DNA from: a virus
Virus record (IMG/VR): IMGVR_UViG_3300042332_001215
Location: 1 to 64,000 of that record
DNA length: 64,000 nt
Direction: 5' to 3' (one strand)
The stretch's first letter is position 1, and each line of letters starts with the position of its first letter. The notes under the pieces were generated by a model. That model was not told the origin of the DNA and ran no database searches. It saw only the letters and a program-made list of their open reading frames with translations. Position numbers and translations under genes: made by a program. Positions 38,801-49,855 of the stretch are shown here, in pieces.

Positions 38801-41800
38801 ATTAACTGAATCCTTCTCAACATCAATAATTCTTGACTTAAAGATTCCAGCCATATGGAATCTTTCTTGAGTAAATCCAGGAACCATCTTAAACTTAGTA
38901 CCTGATGCAATGTTTCCAATAAGAGCTTGGTCAAAGTACAGAGTAATTCCACTAATTCCAGTAGAACCAACAGTAATATAATCAACACCCTGCTTAGATC
39001 TAAAAGTAGATAGTGGGTTAATTGCATTAAATACAGTTGTATCAGCTGCAGTCTCAGACGCAACCATGTGTGGTTGCCAAGCTAGATTCCAGAAAATTCT
39101 AACTCTCTGTAGATTAATGGTATGAGTGCCAGTGCCTTGTGAAGTAATATCAATTGCAATGCCATTTTCCGCATTCTCAAGACTTGTTGCAAGACGGAAT
39201 GACCAGTAATCATTTTTGATGATGTAGTAATCTGTTCCAGCGGTCAATCCAGCAGGAATTGTTCCTGTAGATGTAATTCTCACCATATCAGAAGTATGAT
39301 ATGGGTGGTTTGCAAGGACAAAATTATTGTCTGCAACATTAACCTTACCTGAAACTATCTCCATATTCATATTCATTGGAGAAGTAGCACTAGATGTAAT
39401 CTTACCTACAATTTCCTGACTTCCTGCAGTTGCAGCAGAAGTTACTTCAAATGTAATATTTGAATATGGACCATAACCACCATAGTATCTTGCATCTCCA
39501 TAACCATCTCTGAAGATTAGATCACGATATGGAATAGTTACAATTTGTCCAATATCAAATTTCTCAAAGTCTGAATTTACATCTCCAGATGGAACTTCGA
39601 CAACACTAATCTTATTAGTGTAATTACCATAGGGATCCATGTAGCTTCCACCAACCAAAGTAGTATTATAAAGTCCACTTGTAGAATTGGCTAAGGATGG
39701 AAGAATTCTCTTGAAAGTATTAGCAGAAATATCTACTGGATCTGCAAGTCTGATTTCTGTTTTTTGTAGATCACCAACAGTAACATTAGCATCAGAACTA
39801 TCAGTAATATCAAGACCTTCCCAGTCATGAACATATGATGGATAATACTTAGTATTAGATCTTAATAGAGTTAAAGTATAAGTATCGTTTGCAGATGTTA
39901 GAGTGTAATCACAAGTTTCAAGGTTGCCAATAGTAATTCTACCAGTTGTTGGCCAGTAATCTAGAATATTTTCTTTATCATATAGATCAAATCTTTGGTT
40001 TGAAACATATGCAGGTGATGCAGTAGTTTCTTCTAGAATTACTACAATTGCAGTTCTAATATCTGCCTTGTTATTTGGATTTAGATATCTGTAAATGCCA
40101 ATATAAGGCTGATTGGTTGAACTTGTAGCAACTTTATAGAAAATTTGTGATCCACCAGCATACTTAATGAATGAACCTGGCTTATAGGTCATCTTAGCAC
40201 GCTGTAGTTCAGACTTAATTCCAGAAATTGTTCCAGCATTAATATTATTTAAGATGAAACAGTTTCTTGGTGCGACTGCAAGATATTCGCCAGCTTCAAA
40301 GATTGATAGATCATCACTAGTTGTTCTATTTACTTTGAATGAATATCCATTTACAGCTGTTCCAATTGCACCAGAACCACTTAGTGTAAGTGTGTCATTT
40401 TCCTGATGGCCAGATCCAAGACTAATTAAAGCCATTCTGGTGATATTTCCTTGAGAATCTGTGGAGAACCTAATTCTAGCGTTGGTTGTACCAGTTCTGC
40501 TATTTACTAGTTCTCTTTCGGTTCCGTAGGAAACATTAGCTACACCGTTGCCAACTTTTGAAACAACAACATCAGAATGTTGTGCAATAGTATTAGTATT
40601 GCCATCAGCACTTAGAATTAAATATGAACTTGCAGAGTTTGCAACTGCCTTCTGATATCTTGAGGTTGCTCCACCAGTGTAAGTATATCTTTCACTATCA
40701 ATAAACTGAGTTGAGAACTTAATACTTAATTCTGCAAAAACAGTAGAAAGATCAGTTACATTTTCTGGTTTTGTGCTCGTGTAACCATTGAAGTTTAGAT
40801 TTCCTTCATATTCAATTGTAGCAATTTTAGTTGCTCCAGATGTTGTTTTAGTTACTTTAGTCACTGTAGCATAAACAGTAGTCTTGTTATCACTCTTGAC
40901 AATTGATGTGAAGTTGGGGAAGATTTGTGCAACTACAGAATCATCAGTGTAATTAAATTGTAGAGACTTCTTAGGAAGTGCAGCAGAACCAGCTGAACCA
41001 CCAGCAGCAATTGCAAATTGAGTATCATTATATCTTAGATTCCAGCCAGATTTTCCAGTTGTAGTTGAGCTATATTCAATATTATTTGCAGTTAGCTCAG
41101 TTTCTTTTAGTTCAACAGAAGAGTTTAAACTTCCATTATCTAATAGTCTTGGAATTCTTTGAATGGTTTTAATTGGAAGTACACGATAATCATAGTCTAC
41201 CTTCTTATTGTCGGCAGTATAATTTGGTTCAAGATAATTTAGACCACTAGGATTATATTCAGAGACATATTTAAATAGTTCATCATTTTTACCTACATTT
41301 AACTGTTTTGCAGGTGCTTCTTCTGGCAGTCTTTCAAAATAGTTACCTTCTTCATGCTGAAGGAAGTCTACAGAGTGACCATATGTAAATCTCTGATTTT
41401 CATTTAATCTTCTAGCAGATGGAAGAATTCTGGTTACGGTATTGTATGCATCACCACCAACAAAGACTAGTGAACTCCAGTTGGTGCTTATATTACCTCG
41501 TATTCTATTACCAATGAATCTAATTGAAGAACCTCTTGCCTTAATTAGACCACCGAAATATCCACCTCCATAGGTATTATTTTGTCTATTAAATGGTGAG
41601 ATTGCTCCGATGGTTGTATCTTGAATCCAGAGAGGAACATTTGAACCAGGAACTGCATCTACTTCAAAGAATGGAGTGCTAATATTACCAATTGATGGAG
41701 AGTGAGCAGTAGCAATCTTTCTTCTCATAGACTTATAACTATGAGGCCAGTTGATTGTTAGCTTCTTACCTCTAACTTTAACAGCATTTACAAGACCAGC

Positions 41801-44800
41801 GGGTGTAGTATTGATAGTATCAGTTGATTGGGTAGTAGCTCTATAAGGATTATCTGCATTTGCTAGAAGATTTAGATTTTTCTTAGCTGCTACGATAAAT
41901 GCTTCATCAGTGGCAAAGTTGGTCTCTGCATCAAATCCTGAAGTTAGTAAGCCATAGTTTAAAATAACAGAGTTGATACCCATATTATAATTGTCATCAA
42001 AATTACCAATATCTTCTGGTACAAATTCAATTAGATAGAATCTAGTAGTTGCTTTACCAAATAGTGACTTGAATCCATTAGGGAAGTATGGAAGTGAAAC
42101 CGCAGTTTCTTCATTTTGTGTGGAACTATACTGGAATTGTGCAGCAGATTGTCTTCCATACCAAGTAGCAAATGGATATTCAGCTTTTGGAGTTACTGTA
42201 ATTGAAGTTCCAGATGGAATAAGTTCAGTATGATTAATGTTTGTTCCCTTCGCATTCTTGATAGTAATTGTGGTATTTGTTCCATCAGTGGTAATATCAG
42301 AAATTAAAGCTTCAAAACCAATTCCACTTCCAGATAGCTTTTGACCTACTCTTATATTGTTGATGTTAGTGTCAGTATTTGCAATTCTAATAGTATTAGT
42401 TCCAGAAGTTTTCTGTTGGTTTAAAATAATTGTGAATTGATTAATTCCAACATCAAGTGGTTGAGTTGGATTGCTATCAATTACTAAGTTCACAGTACCT
42501 CTTCTATAACCAGCAACTACACCAAAGATTTCTGGAGTATCGAAGTCTTGCTCGTCATAACCATACTTGTCTCCGCCACCATTTAGAGTGTATGATGAAG
42601 GCATGAACTGAGTTCTATAATATATACCCAGATTAAAGACAAGAGTTACAAACTCATCTCCATCAACATTTGCAAACTTAATAGTATAATCAGTGGAGTT
42701 TGAATAGTTTGATGGTAATACTAGATCTTCAGCCTTGTTTTGCTTGAAGTCATTATCGCTGGTATATAATGCACAAGTGTATGTTAGAGTTTCTACACCT
42801 GTAGATTCATTCTTATTATAAATTCTGCTTAGAACTTTTGTTTCTTGATCATCTGCACCAAAATACAGTGTAGTACCAGGAATTACATATTCTTTTAGCC
42901 AACCAAACTTAATTAGATTTGATGGAGTTCCAGTCGCATCAGTGAAGTTAGATGATGTAAATGTGAATTCAATGAATCTTGCGTTGGAACTAGTTGCAGT
43001 ATTTGTGACTCCTGCTACAGTTAGTACTTCATCATTTCTAATTTTGAATGAAATGCCTGCCTTTCCAGCTGCGACTGTACCATTTGCAGTAAATGATAGT
43101 CTGCCATCTGTTGGGAAGTTAGTTTGCTTCTTGACATACCAAGCTTTTCTAACATCTCTTCTAGCTCTTTGAATGAATGGATCACTGCTATAGCTACTAT
43201 CAAGAATTTCATTGACAGTAATTGCCTCATTTAATCCTAGGAAGTTTACATTAGAAATCTTGACACCACCATTAAATTGTGGATAACCATCAGTAGTAAT
43301 ATAAAGTCTATCAGTTCTTTGTACATACTGTGGGGTATAATGAATAGTTTTATAGAAGTTTACACTATCAGCTCTCTTGGTTAGATCATTTGAATATCCA
43401 CCAATTTTTCCTGCAGAAGTATTTGCAGTCTCTTTACCATAAGCTTCATTTGTTCTTTCAATACCACTACCATTGATCTTGATTACAGGAGTAAATTTAT
43501 GACGGCTACCATCACTTTCATTTAGTTTATAATATCCTGGTTTAAATAGTAGTTCAACTTCATCAGATGATGTAAATCCAATCTTATTGCAATATTGTGA
43601 AATTTGACCGAAGCTTGTGAGTGGGGCAAACTTCTTAATTGCTTGCCTGGTTTGTAAGTTAATACCTAAAGCTTTTGATGTAATTGGGTTTGGCACATTA
43701 TTATTAATGTACTCATCATTCACTGTAGATACAAATGGAATTGGCTTCTCATATGGAGTAAATAGAGTTGCACTCTCAAGATCTACATCCTCAGTAATTT
43801 GATCTGTGCTTGGAATAAATGGACCTTCAGCCGCCCATCTGTCGGCATAAGTTACAGAAGTGCTACAGCCAGCAAAGAAAATAGTTGTTCCATTTGGATA
43901 TGTGCTGGATGACAATTGCTGATCGGAACTAAATCCAGTTACCTTTCTAATAGCGTTAATTCCATTGTTCTTATAGTATACAAATGTACTATAGTAAACA
44001 GTTGTGTTTACTTTATATCTTAGTACAACAGCTCCCCTATCTGGAAGTTTATTATAAAAATCACTTGCAGTATTTACAGGAATTATCTGTGGAGTGGTTT
44101 CATTAATAGTTGAGGAAATATTAAATGTATTATTAATAGTTCCTTTTAGGAACTTAGAATCAAATAAAACTCCGTCACTTACAATTCCCTCATTGGATTC
44201 AACAACTCCATTTCTATTTGGATCGTAGTCAAATGGTGATGACCAATTTGCTACAACTGCTTTATGAGTTCCTGTTGGGAGAATATTGCTGATATATGTA
44301 GATAATGTATTTGATCCTAGTTTATTTTGATTTGATTTAAATGTGACGGTGTTATTTGTGTAGTCAATAGTATCATATTCAAGTGTTATTGAGATAGATG
44401 GATTTAGATATTGTCTAGCTCCATTTAGAACATAATAAGCATCTTGACTTACTGCCTTCATGGTCATTTCGATATCAATCTTTCCATTTGATGGAATGCC
44501 AACTGTATCGACAACTTTAATTTGAGATGTTGAAGTAGTTAGTCCAACAGAGCTTGTAGATCCAGAATCTGGAGTTGATAGTGCAGTTCTGTTTAGTGAT
44601 GAAACATAAATTCTGTTGTTGTCAAGATTGATATTTGAAGCAGAAACTAGCTGCCTCTTGAGTCTCCAAGCATCAAGGAATTTAGGTGATACATAGAGTC
44701 TATCATTAGTATCAGTTGAAATGAAACCAGTTTTTTCTGGTTTTGCACCCTTAGTGAAGCCAAATCCATCTGGGCTACCTTCTGGGAACTTTTCTCCATT

Positions 44801-47800
44801 TGCAATCTTAGAGTTTGCAATAGCAAAGGTATCACTAATGAATACGCTTTGGATGTTAGCTCTATCAGTAACACTAAGCTTAGAAGTTGTGAAGAAATTA
44901 GATAGACCCTTGAGGAATGCTTGAGCAGCAGAATTCTTCTTCTCTGATGCAGTTACATTGACAACAGCGTTAGAAATTCTATTTTCAATATTATGAAGAA
45001 TTTCATCAGTAGTTCCATTTGAATTTGTATCGGAATATGAAATAATTTCTAGGAAGTTAGATTCGGAGGACTTACGAACCTTAGGTACATTTAGAGTAAA
45101 TGTTGACTGACCACCTGCCTGTACAACTTGATTTCCTACATACTGGTCTCCGTTGGAGTTAGTACCAGTAGATGCAACGAAACCACCTCCATTCTCATAG
45201 CTTTGCAGAATGAACTGCTCATATCCTTTGAGTACTCTGGTTTGTAGATTTGGGAAGCCAGTTGAATAGTTACCAGAACCTAGACCGATGTATTCCCAGG
45301 TATGTGAAGATGCACGAAGAATAGATGGTCTGTATAGAGGTAGTTTCGGACACTTATCAAGTAGAGATTCTAAAGTTCTTCCAGCAATTGTATTTGCTCC
45401 AAATGATTCTGCTTGAGGAGAAATTACAGGAATTCTTCTGGAATTAGTTCCATCATTAATACCAAATTGGTTGTTGGCAAATACTTCTTCTAGGCTTGGA
45501 GCAGGAGCACCTTCTCTTGGGCCATATACATATTTTCCATTACCATATACTGGAAGACCTTCCCATGAAGTATAGCCTCTATCATCCCAATAAGTTGTTG
45601 GGGCAACATTAACTCTGCCAGCAGAATTGAGTTTTGTTGATACATTTTTATCAATACGAACATATCTTAGATCCAATGCTTCCACTAGTCTATGTACTGC
45701 TTCTGCAGTTACAGACAGCATTGATGGAACATCTGCAAATGGTTTTCTATGGACATAGCCCATTTGACCATTAGTTCCTAGTTCTAGGAAATAAACTGTA
45801 ACTGGAGTTTCTGGATCGAATGCAGTATTAAAATCTGCAGCATTTGATCCAGTAGCTAGAGTAATGGTATTACCACTTACACTTTGAACTCTTGCAGTGT
45901 CTGTAATTCCTGCATCTGCAGAAATATATTGTCCTGCTACAATATTAGATGGATCTGATACAACTAATTTATAAGTAGATCCATCTACAATCTTATTGGT
46001 TACAGTTTTTGCAATAAATGTTGATGGATTTGTTACATTGATCTTAAATTGTGTTCTACCACTTACAGTAGTTAAATTATAAATCCCATGAATATTATTG
46101 ATTATATCTCCACTATTTCCAGAAATTTGAATGGAAGAACCATCTTGTATGTTTGCAGTTACATCAGAATCTAATACTACAGTTACATCTATTCTTTCTG
46201 AAGTTGCACTACCTGCAGCGAATGTGCCAGATTCAAATTCGTCTTCATAGATTGTAAATGTAGTAGGAGATGGTACAGTAGAAATATCTCTATACCCATC
46301 AATATTTGAATTAGTTCCTCTTACATAAACTACTGAATCAGTAGTGTAACCATGGGACTGAGATGTAGTTACTGTTACTAGTTGAGTTTGAGTAGAATGT
46401 GAAATTGATTGAATTGTAATTTTTTTGTGAGTTGGATTAGCTGGAGTAATAGAGAAGATATTTGAAATCTTGGATACAAACTCTGCCTTGTTTGGAACAG
46501 ATAAATCCTTCGGTCTGAATCCATTTGCAATTTTCTCTACAAGAACTCTGGAATCCATTTGTGGTGGGTTCCAGATCTGTCTTACTCTATGACTTAAACC
46601 TTCCTCGTCAGTTGATGGATATAGGTAGTTAATGTTTGATGAAGATCTGAAGTTAATATTGTTATTATTAAATTCACTGATACTATCATACTTAGCATAG
46701 CTACCTCTTTGAATATTGATAGCTTTATTAAGATATGATCCCTCATACCAGTCCACAAACTTGTCAACATCAGCTCGGATAACAGTTAGGTAGTAAACAC
46801 CATTCTTAGATCCTTTCTCCCAAGCCTGAACTTCTTCTACATCAAGAACACTAAATCTGTAATTAGTAAATGGAACTCCATCTAGACCATTAGATGGTCT
46901 AGTTCCTTTGATAATAAATCTCTTTTCAGGTGGCTTTGGAGTGACTGGACAATTCTTGTCAATTGTATACTCAACTCTCCAGATTAAATCACTTGGAGTA
47001 GAACCTCTAGAGTCTACATACTTTCTAGTTACAATTGGAGCTGGGAATGAAGTTGAATACTCAAGAACCTGAGTAGTTGCTGGGCCACTTACTACAGTAA
47101 GAGTTCCATCTGGTTCTGTTTGAGTGGTGGTTTTGAAGATATTCTTGGTAGTTGTTTTAAATAGGAAATTGAAAATGAAGTTTTTGGTATTTCCAAAAGA
47201 GTTATCTAGAATTAGATAGATTCCTCCATCATCAAAGAAATATCCTTGTCTCTCAGCGTTTGCAGTTCCTGTTTCTCCATTAGAGAGTTTTACAGTTGCA
47301 CTATAAGTTGTTTGTCCACCAGATTCGTTATCTACAACTATTTGGATTGTGCAATTGTCTTTCTTGGTGGTGCCAGTTACAGAGTAATAATCCCTGAATA
47401 GTGCAAGATTTCCATTATTGTATAGGAAATATCTCTTAGTCTGTTGAGTTCCATTTAGATTATCTTTAGCAGAAATTTCTAGTTCTGGAATATCATCTTC
47501 AGAATTAATACTAGCAATATCTAGGTATAGTTTGAATTCAGTTTGCTGGTTGTTTACAAAATTATTTCTTGCTTCTGCAGAAAATTCAATATAGTTTAGT
47601 GATGGATCAATTGGATATCCATTCTTTTGCCAAGTAGTTCTAGCATCAATGCCAGAAATTTCAAATGTTTGTAGAGAATTATCAATACCTCTTGGTGGAA
47701 CAAGTGCGGTAATTCTACCTTGATTTGCTGGTTCAAATGATTCAAACTGATGGCCAACTGCTCTGAGTGAAATTTGACCGAAGTTTGAGTTTGAGTTGGT

Positions 47801-49804
47801 GATAGACATGTCTCCACCAGACTCGGCAAGGAATTGGTCAGCATAACCAACTGCGAAAACAGAAACTACCTGAATGAATGCAGAATCAGTTGCTTTGATA
47901 TGGAAGTGTCTGCACCCTTGCTTGTATTCTGCATCTGGGTCTGCATAAATTGGAAGCTGAGTTTTCTCTTCGCCAGTAGTTGGGTTTGTTGTTTGAGTAG
48001 CAACTCCATCTGCAGCTTTTGGTTGCCAGAAGCAATTGGAATCTCTTTGCAGAGAGATACCAGTAAACTGTGCAACAACCATGGACTTGAAGGACTTGGG
48101 CTGAACCTTACTTCCATCAGCCCACATACCATTAAGACCAAGAACTGAACGAAGTGAACAGTTAAAGATGTATGGTGATGCAGAGTTTACCGTATCAATC
48201 TGAGTTCTTAATGTAGAATTACCTACAATTTCATATTCTTCTCTTCTAACCTGTCTTGGATCACCGTATGCAGTATCCCAAGCATCAATCTTGCTGTAAT
48301 ATGTCTCTAGTTCTCCTTCTTCAGTTCTCTGGTCTGCATATGTAAATGCAATTACTCTATGGTGAGAATAGTTTACTTGACCTTTATCATTATATTCGGA
48401 CTGAGATAGGACAGAGTGTGTTGGAACTCCGTTACTGAAGCTTGTATTCTTGAAAATTCCAGAATATGAACCTAGGGATCCTGCAGTTGCTTTAGCATCC
48501 TTAAAGGTCATCTGCCAGAAATAGCAACCACCAGTTACCTTAAAGATAGCAGTTGGCTCATATACTCCAAGAGTCTTCTTAATAAGAGAAGAATAATTTG
48601 AAGGATTGTTGATAATTGTTGTAATAACTGCAGTTAGCTGATTTACTGCAGATGCGGCATCTGCACAATCTCCTACAGTGAAATCTACACCAGATGTAAA
48701 AGTAGTTCTGGAAATAGTGCCAGATCTTTGAGTAAATGTAAATCCTACTGGTTGAGTTGAAGGCCAATTGTAGAGTGCATTGATTGCAATGTTTCTTGCA
48801 TATTCAAATGCTGCTACAGTTAGAGGCTTTTCATTTCCTGGTAAATTGATATTAGCAGTTCCATCAGTGTAGAACTGACCTGCATTATATGAATTAGCAT
48901 TGCCGCCATTTCTAAGGTCAGCAATGATAGCATCTACAATATATCCGAGATCTCTAACACAAAGATCTTTCTTTTCTTGAGTTAGAGTTGCATAAATTGC
49001 ACTTACAGTAGAACCTGCTAGTGCAGCAGTAGATTGTTCTAGATATAGTCTGGTTTGCTCTTGAATATAACCACGATTCTTTTCAATCATGTTTGCAGAA
49101 TCAAACATGATTTGAGTTAGTTTATAAGTTCCATCATTAATAATGGAACCATCATCTGAAGTTGTATTGGTTAGATTATAAACTGGCTTGGGTACATACT
49201 TTGGACGAACTACGGTTTTTCTTAAATCGTAACCGATTACAGAAGTACCTCTAGGAATGATTACACCACCATTTCTTGGGTTAAATCTCCAAAGATTTGA
49301 CTCAAAATTATCACTACCAATTGGGTTGGTTAGTACATCATATCCTGGTCTGTTATCAATGGTGTAATCACCCGGCATTACTAGAACAGTAAATGCCTCA
49401 AACTTATCGTTTGTATCACCAGAGACATAGCTTCTTCTTGCTGCTTCTAATAGAGCCCTCTCAATGGTCTTAAATGGTCTGTTTAGATTAGTACCATCGT
49501 TATCAGCAGCATCGGATGAGTTTGCATCTGACTGGTTTACATATAACGCAACATTTACTGCACCTGCTGCAGTAGAGTTAGTTACTGGAAGAAATGTTCC
49601 TGAGGAAAGACTTAGCTTTCCAGCTCCATCAATAGAAAGTCTTTTCTGACCTCCTGTAGCGATAGAAATTTCTCCACCTGAGCTAAGAATACCTGAATTG
49701 CTATCGTCAAAACCAATAGCAGGAGTTGCTGGATTATTATTACTATCAAACTTAATTACAACACCTTCCGCAATGCCACCAGATGTAATTCTAGTTAGAG
49801 CCAT
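35891..49804 (-). CDS. Giant virion structural protein (4637 aa)
   Basis: MALTRI.. start; YVN..D..N.G..LNRPFKTIERALLEAAR..Y, GDMSITNSNSNFG and LRASSHTWEY.G.GSGNYSTG.P blocks typical of large cyanomyophage structural proteins. Confidence 0.8.
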   Translation of the reverse strand: MALTRITSGGIAEGVVIKFDSNNNPATPAIGFDDSNSGILSSGGEISIATGGQKRLSIDGAGKLSLSSGTFLPVTNSTAAGAVNVALYVNQSDANSSDAADNDGTNLNRPFKTIERALLEAARRSYVSGDTNDKFEAFTVLVMPGDYTIDNRPGYDVLTNPIGSDNFESNLWRFNPRNGGVIIPRGTSVIGYDLRKTVVRPKYVPKPVYNLTNTTSDDGSIINDGTYKLTQIMFDSANMIEKNRGYIQEQTRLYLEQSTAALAGSTVSAIYATLTQEKKDLCVRDLGYIVDAIIADLRNGGNANSYNAGQFYTDGTANINLPGNEKPLTVAAFEYARNIAINALYNWPSTQPVGFTFTQRSGTISRTTFTSGVDFTVGDCADAASAVNQLTAVITTIINNPSNYSSLIKKTLGVYEPTAIFKVTGGCYFWQMTFKDAKATAGSLGSYSGIFKNTSFSNGVPTHSVLSQSEYNDKGQVNYSHHRVIAFTYADQRTEEGELETYYSKIDAWDTAYGDPRQVRREEYEIVGNSTLRTQIDTVNSASPYIFNCSLRSVLGLNGMWADGSKVQPKSFKSMVVAQFTGISLQRDSNCFWQPKAADGVATQTTNPTTGEEKTQLPIYADPDAEYKQGCRHFHIKATDSAFIQVVSVFAVGYADQFLAESGGDMSITNSNSNFGQISLRAVGHQFESFEPANQGRITALVPPRGIDNSLQTFEISGIDARTTWQKNGYPIDPSLNYIEFSAEARNNFVNNQQTEFKLYLDIASINSEDDIPELEISAKDNLNGTQQTKRYFLYNNGNLALFRDYYSVTGTTKKDNCTIQIVVDNESGGQTTYSATVKLSNGETGTANAERQGYFFDDGGIYLILDNSFGNTKNFIFNFLFKTTTKNIFKTTTQTEPDGTLTVVSGPATTQVLEYSTSFPAPIVTRKYVDSRGSTPSDLIWRVEYTIDKNCPVTPKPPEKRFIIKGTRPSNGLDGVPFTNYRFSVLDVEEVQAWEKGSKNGVYYLTVIRADVDKFVDWYEGSYLNKAINIQRGSYAKYDSISEFNNNNINFRSSSNINYLYPSTDEEGLSHRVRQIWNPPQMDSRVLVEKIANGFRPKDLSVPNKAEFVSKISNIFSITPANPTHKKITIQSISHSTQTQLVTVTTSQSHGYTTDSVVYVRGTNSNIDGYRDISTVPSPTTFTIYEDEFESGTFAAGSATSERIDVTVVLDSDVTANIQDGSSIQISGNSGDIINNIHGIYNLTTVSGRTQFKINVTNPSTFIAKTVTNKIVDGSTYKLVVSDPSNIVAGQYISADAGITDTARVQSVSGNTITLATGSNAADFNTAFDPETPVTVYFLELGTNGQMGYVHRKPFADVPSMLSVTAEAVHRLVEALDLRYVRIDKNVSTKLNSAGRVNVAPTTYWDDRGYTSWEGLPVYGNGKYVYGPREGAPAPSLEEVFANNQFGINDGTNSRRIPVISPQAESFGANTIAGRTLESLLDKCPKLPLYRPSILRASSHTWEYIGLGSGNYSTGFPNLQTRVLKGYEQFILQSYENGGGFVASTGTNSNGDQYVGNQVVQAGGQSTFTLNVPKVRKSSESNFLEIISYSDTNSNGTTDEILHNIENRISNAVVNVTASEKKNSAAQAFLKGLSNFFTTSKLSVTDRANIQSVFISDTFAIANSKIANGEKFPEGSPDGFGFTKGAKPEKTGFISTDTNDRLYVSPKFLDAWRLKRQLVSASNINLDNNRIYVSSLNRTALSTPDSGSTSSVGLTTSTSQIKVVDTVGIPSNGKIDIEMTMKAVSQDAYYVLNGARQYLNPSISITLEYDTIDYTNNTVTFKSNQNKLGSNTLSTYISNILPTGTHKAVVANWSSPFDYDPNRNGVVESNEGIVSDGVLFDSKFLKGTINNTFNISSTINETTPQIIPVNTASDFYNKLPDRGAVVLRYKVNTTVYYSTFVYYKNNGINAIRKVTGFSSDQQLSSSTYPNGTTIFFAGCSTSVTYADRWAAEGPFIPSTDQITEDVDLESATLFTPYEKPIPFVSTVNDEYINNNVPNPITSKALGINLQTRQAIKKFAPLTSFGQISQYCNKIGFTSSDEVELLFKPGYYKLNESDGSRHKFTPVIKINGSGIERTNEAYGKETANTSAGKIGGYSNDLTKRADSVNFYKTIHYTPQYVQRTDRLYITTDGYPQFNGGVKISNVNFLGLNEAITVNEILDSSYSSDPFIQRARRDVRKAWYVKKQTNFPTDGRLSFTANGTVAAGKAGISFKIRNDEVLTVAGVTNTATSSNARFIEFTFTSSNFTDATGTPSNLIKFGWLKEYVIPGTTLYFGADDQETKVLSRIYNKNESTGVETLTYTCALYTSDNDFKQNKAEDLVLPSNYSNSTDYTIKFANVDGDEFVTLVFNLGIYYRTQFMPSSYTLNGGGDKYGYDEQDFDTPEIFGVVAGYRRGTVNLVIDSNPTQPLDVGINQFTIILNQQKTSGTNTIRIANTDTNINNIRVGQKLSGSGIGFEALISDITTDGTNTTITIKNAKGTNINHTELIPSGTSITVTPKAEYPFATWYGRQSAAQFQYSSTQNEETAVSLPYFPNGFKSLFGKATTRFYLIEFVPEDIGNFDDNYNMGINSVILNYGLLTSGFDAETNFATDEAFIVAAKKNLNLLANADNPYRATTQSTDTINTTPAGLVNAVKVRGKKLTINWPHSYKSMRRKIATAHSPSIGNISTPFFEVDAVPGSNVPLWIQDTTIGAISPFNRQNNTYGGGYFGGLIKARGSSIRFIGNRIRGNISTNWSSLVFVGGDAYNTVTRILPSARRLNENQRFTYGHSVDFLQHEEGNYFERLPEEAPAKQLNVGKNDELFKYVSEYNPSGLNYLEPNYTADNKKVDYDYRVLPIKTIQRIPRLLDNGSLNSSVELKETELTANNIEYSSTTTGKSGWNLRYNDTQFAIAAGGSAGSAALPKKSLQFNYTDDSVVAQIFPNFTSIVKSDNKTTVYATVTKVTKTTSGATKIATIEYEGNLNFNGYTSTKPENVTDLSTVFAELSIKFSTQFIDSERYTYTGGATSRYQKAVANSASSYLILSADGNTNTIAQHSDVVVSKVGNGVANVSYGTERELVNSRTGTTNARIRFSTDSQGNITRMALISLGSGHQENDTLTLSGSGAIGTAVNGYSFKVNRTTSDDLSIFEAGEYLAVAPRNCFILNNINAGTISGIKSELQRAKMTYKPGSFIKYAGGSQIFYKVATSSTNQPYIGIYRYLNPNNKADIRTAIVVILEETTASPAYVSNQRFDLYDKENILDYWPTTGRITIGNLETCDYTLTSANDTYTLTLLRSNTKYYPSYVHDWEGLDITDSSDANVTVGDLQKTEIRLADPVDISANTFKRILPSLANSTSGLYNTTLVGGSYMDPYGNYTNKISVVEVPSGDVNSDFEKFDIGQIVTIPYRDLIFRDGYGDARYYGGYGPYSNITFEVTSAATAGSQEIVGKITSSATSPMNMNMEIVSGKVNVADNNFVLANHPYHTSDMVRITSTGTIPAGLTAGTDYYIIKNDYWSFRLATSLENAENGIAIDITSQGTGTHTINLQRVRIFWNLAWQPHMVASETAADTTVFNAINPLSTFRSKQGVDYITVGSTGISGITLYFDQALIGNIASGTKFKMVPGFTQERFHMAGIFKSRIIDVEKDSVNSKIKLYLAEELPFELTASADNTARHFGFLNINNGGWSFPRQNYSAYRTNNIKLGDGKYEIKLPNRSSRIKKGDILSYSYESGSSNLPTQNYIARAGEPFIYISDTSGLSVGDALSNYTLLTIPSGLSNATSIAIAGHGLQTGDEIFYVAGRDASNNLQQVTGLTHKTAYFVRSLSTGEFELYTNQTSAYDRTTANRVTVTNATFTNQRLVRNSISTASLVLDATDTAVYNSTSKRFTINGHGLTDKEAVTYRRLQQKTGVTDANDGKIYYAWVVPTNPNQFYLRSSLDNWPTSTATWDAGTGAADIIPSNVPDYMMLEVKTIIRSIDGSTLQLGRFNENNLSGSGQIEPTALRNDLGRRSPISISGNPDLKQVKSSIVSVSSADSDGYVTITLDTPNNILYTAHPTKQDFFSVSDVIVSHLSDRVKFGGPTLNTFLYSRNGGKLSFRDFSINNTWFGNYFGIAKGYGPYGRLGWTGNFGSKLDGSKTVGSASNGSLELSWNSQRNNSIWAVSSPVRPSWSLWQWDWARQVSNLQPILAEYHAVGYDITYNRWWNVPHLERDGWMFYNPVKHISRDSDSVYAFFNTSILRNRREWWGGPGFWRSGVGAYDIQNYRYPSPASTANEWWPTGGDRETATRIILGCDLQDFEIYNSGWPNWGKGNNTITSEQVRVKYVQHYRPCLVDNLLTTNTAYRHKDQLASGTPDTAITRMILSQSQFGSNSPVGFGDTTSQTAIGRKYIRVPNWFDVWQYMDVSCAIYDDQNRFIGHFADWFWGAPYGRKYDEALYIELMEVNTELPTNWTTAEFRVFHPAASILLSTVDSDEMQLDATTASGIRNGGKVFLSSTSGGSATTPYVLPPNQQNIVGNNGWSAQGTQSGGIPFNRHYNFAFRIDRRGYNNTTQLSTEGISKPIARNWFGYRIIKLRMGDLCNFEWSPMNLVVTKYNRKIHNEESVISNSNFSNLGVNTIYI

Positions 49805-49837
49805 ATATTTACCTTGAGAGAGGCTAAAAACTAGATT

Positions 49838-49845
49838 TATTTATA
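49838..49845 (-). promoter_or_regulatory. T4-type late promoter TATAAATA
   Basis: Exact consensus upstream of the giant gene. Confidence 0.8.
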
Positions 49846-49855
49846 AGATTTATTC

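Noticed and set aside
35891-49804. Inteins, introns or stop-codon recoding in the giant genes
   Set aside because: The ORFs are uninterrupted in the standard code, all three stop codons terminate genes normally, and no intein or homing-endonuclease motifs were recognised
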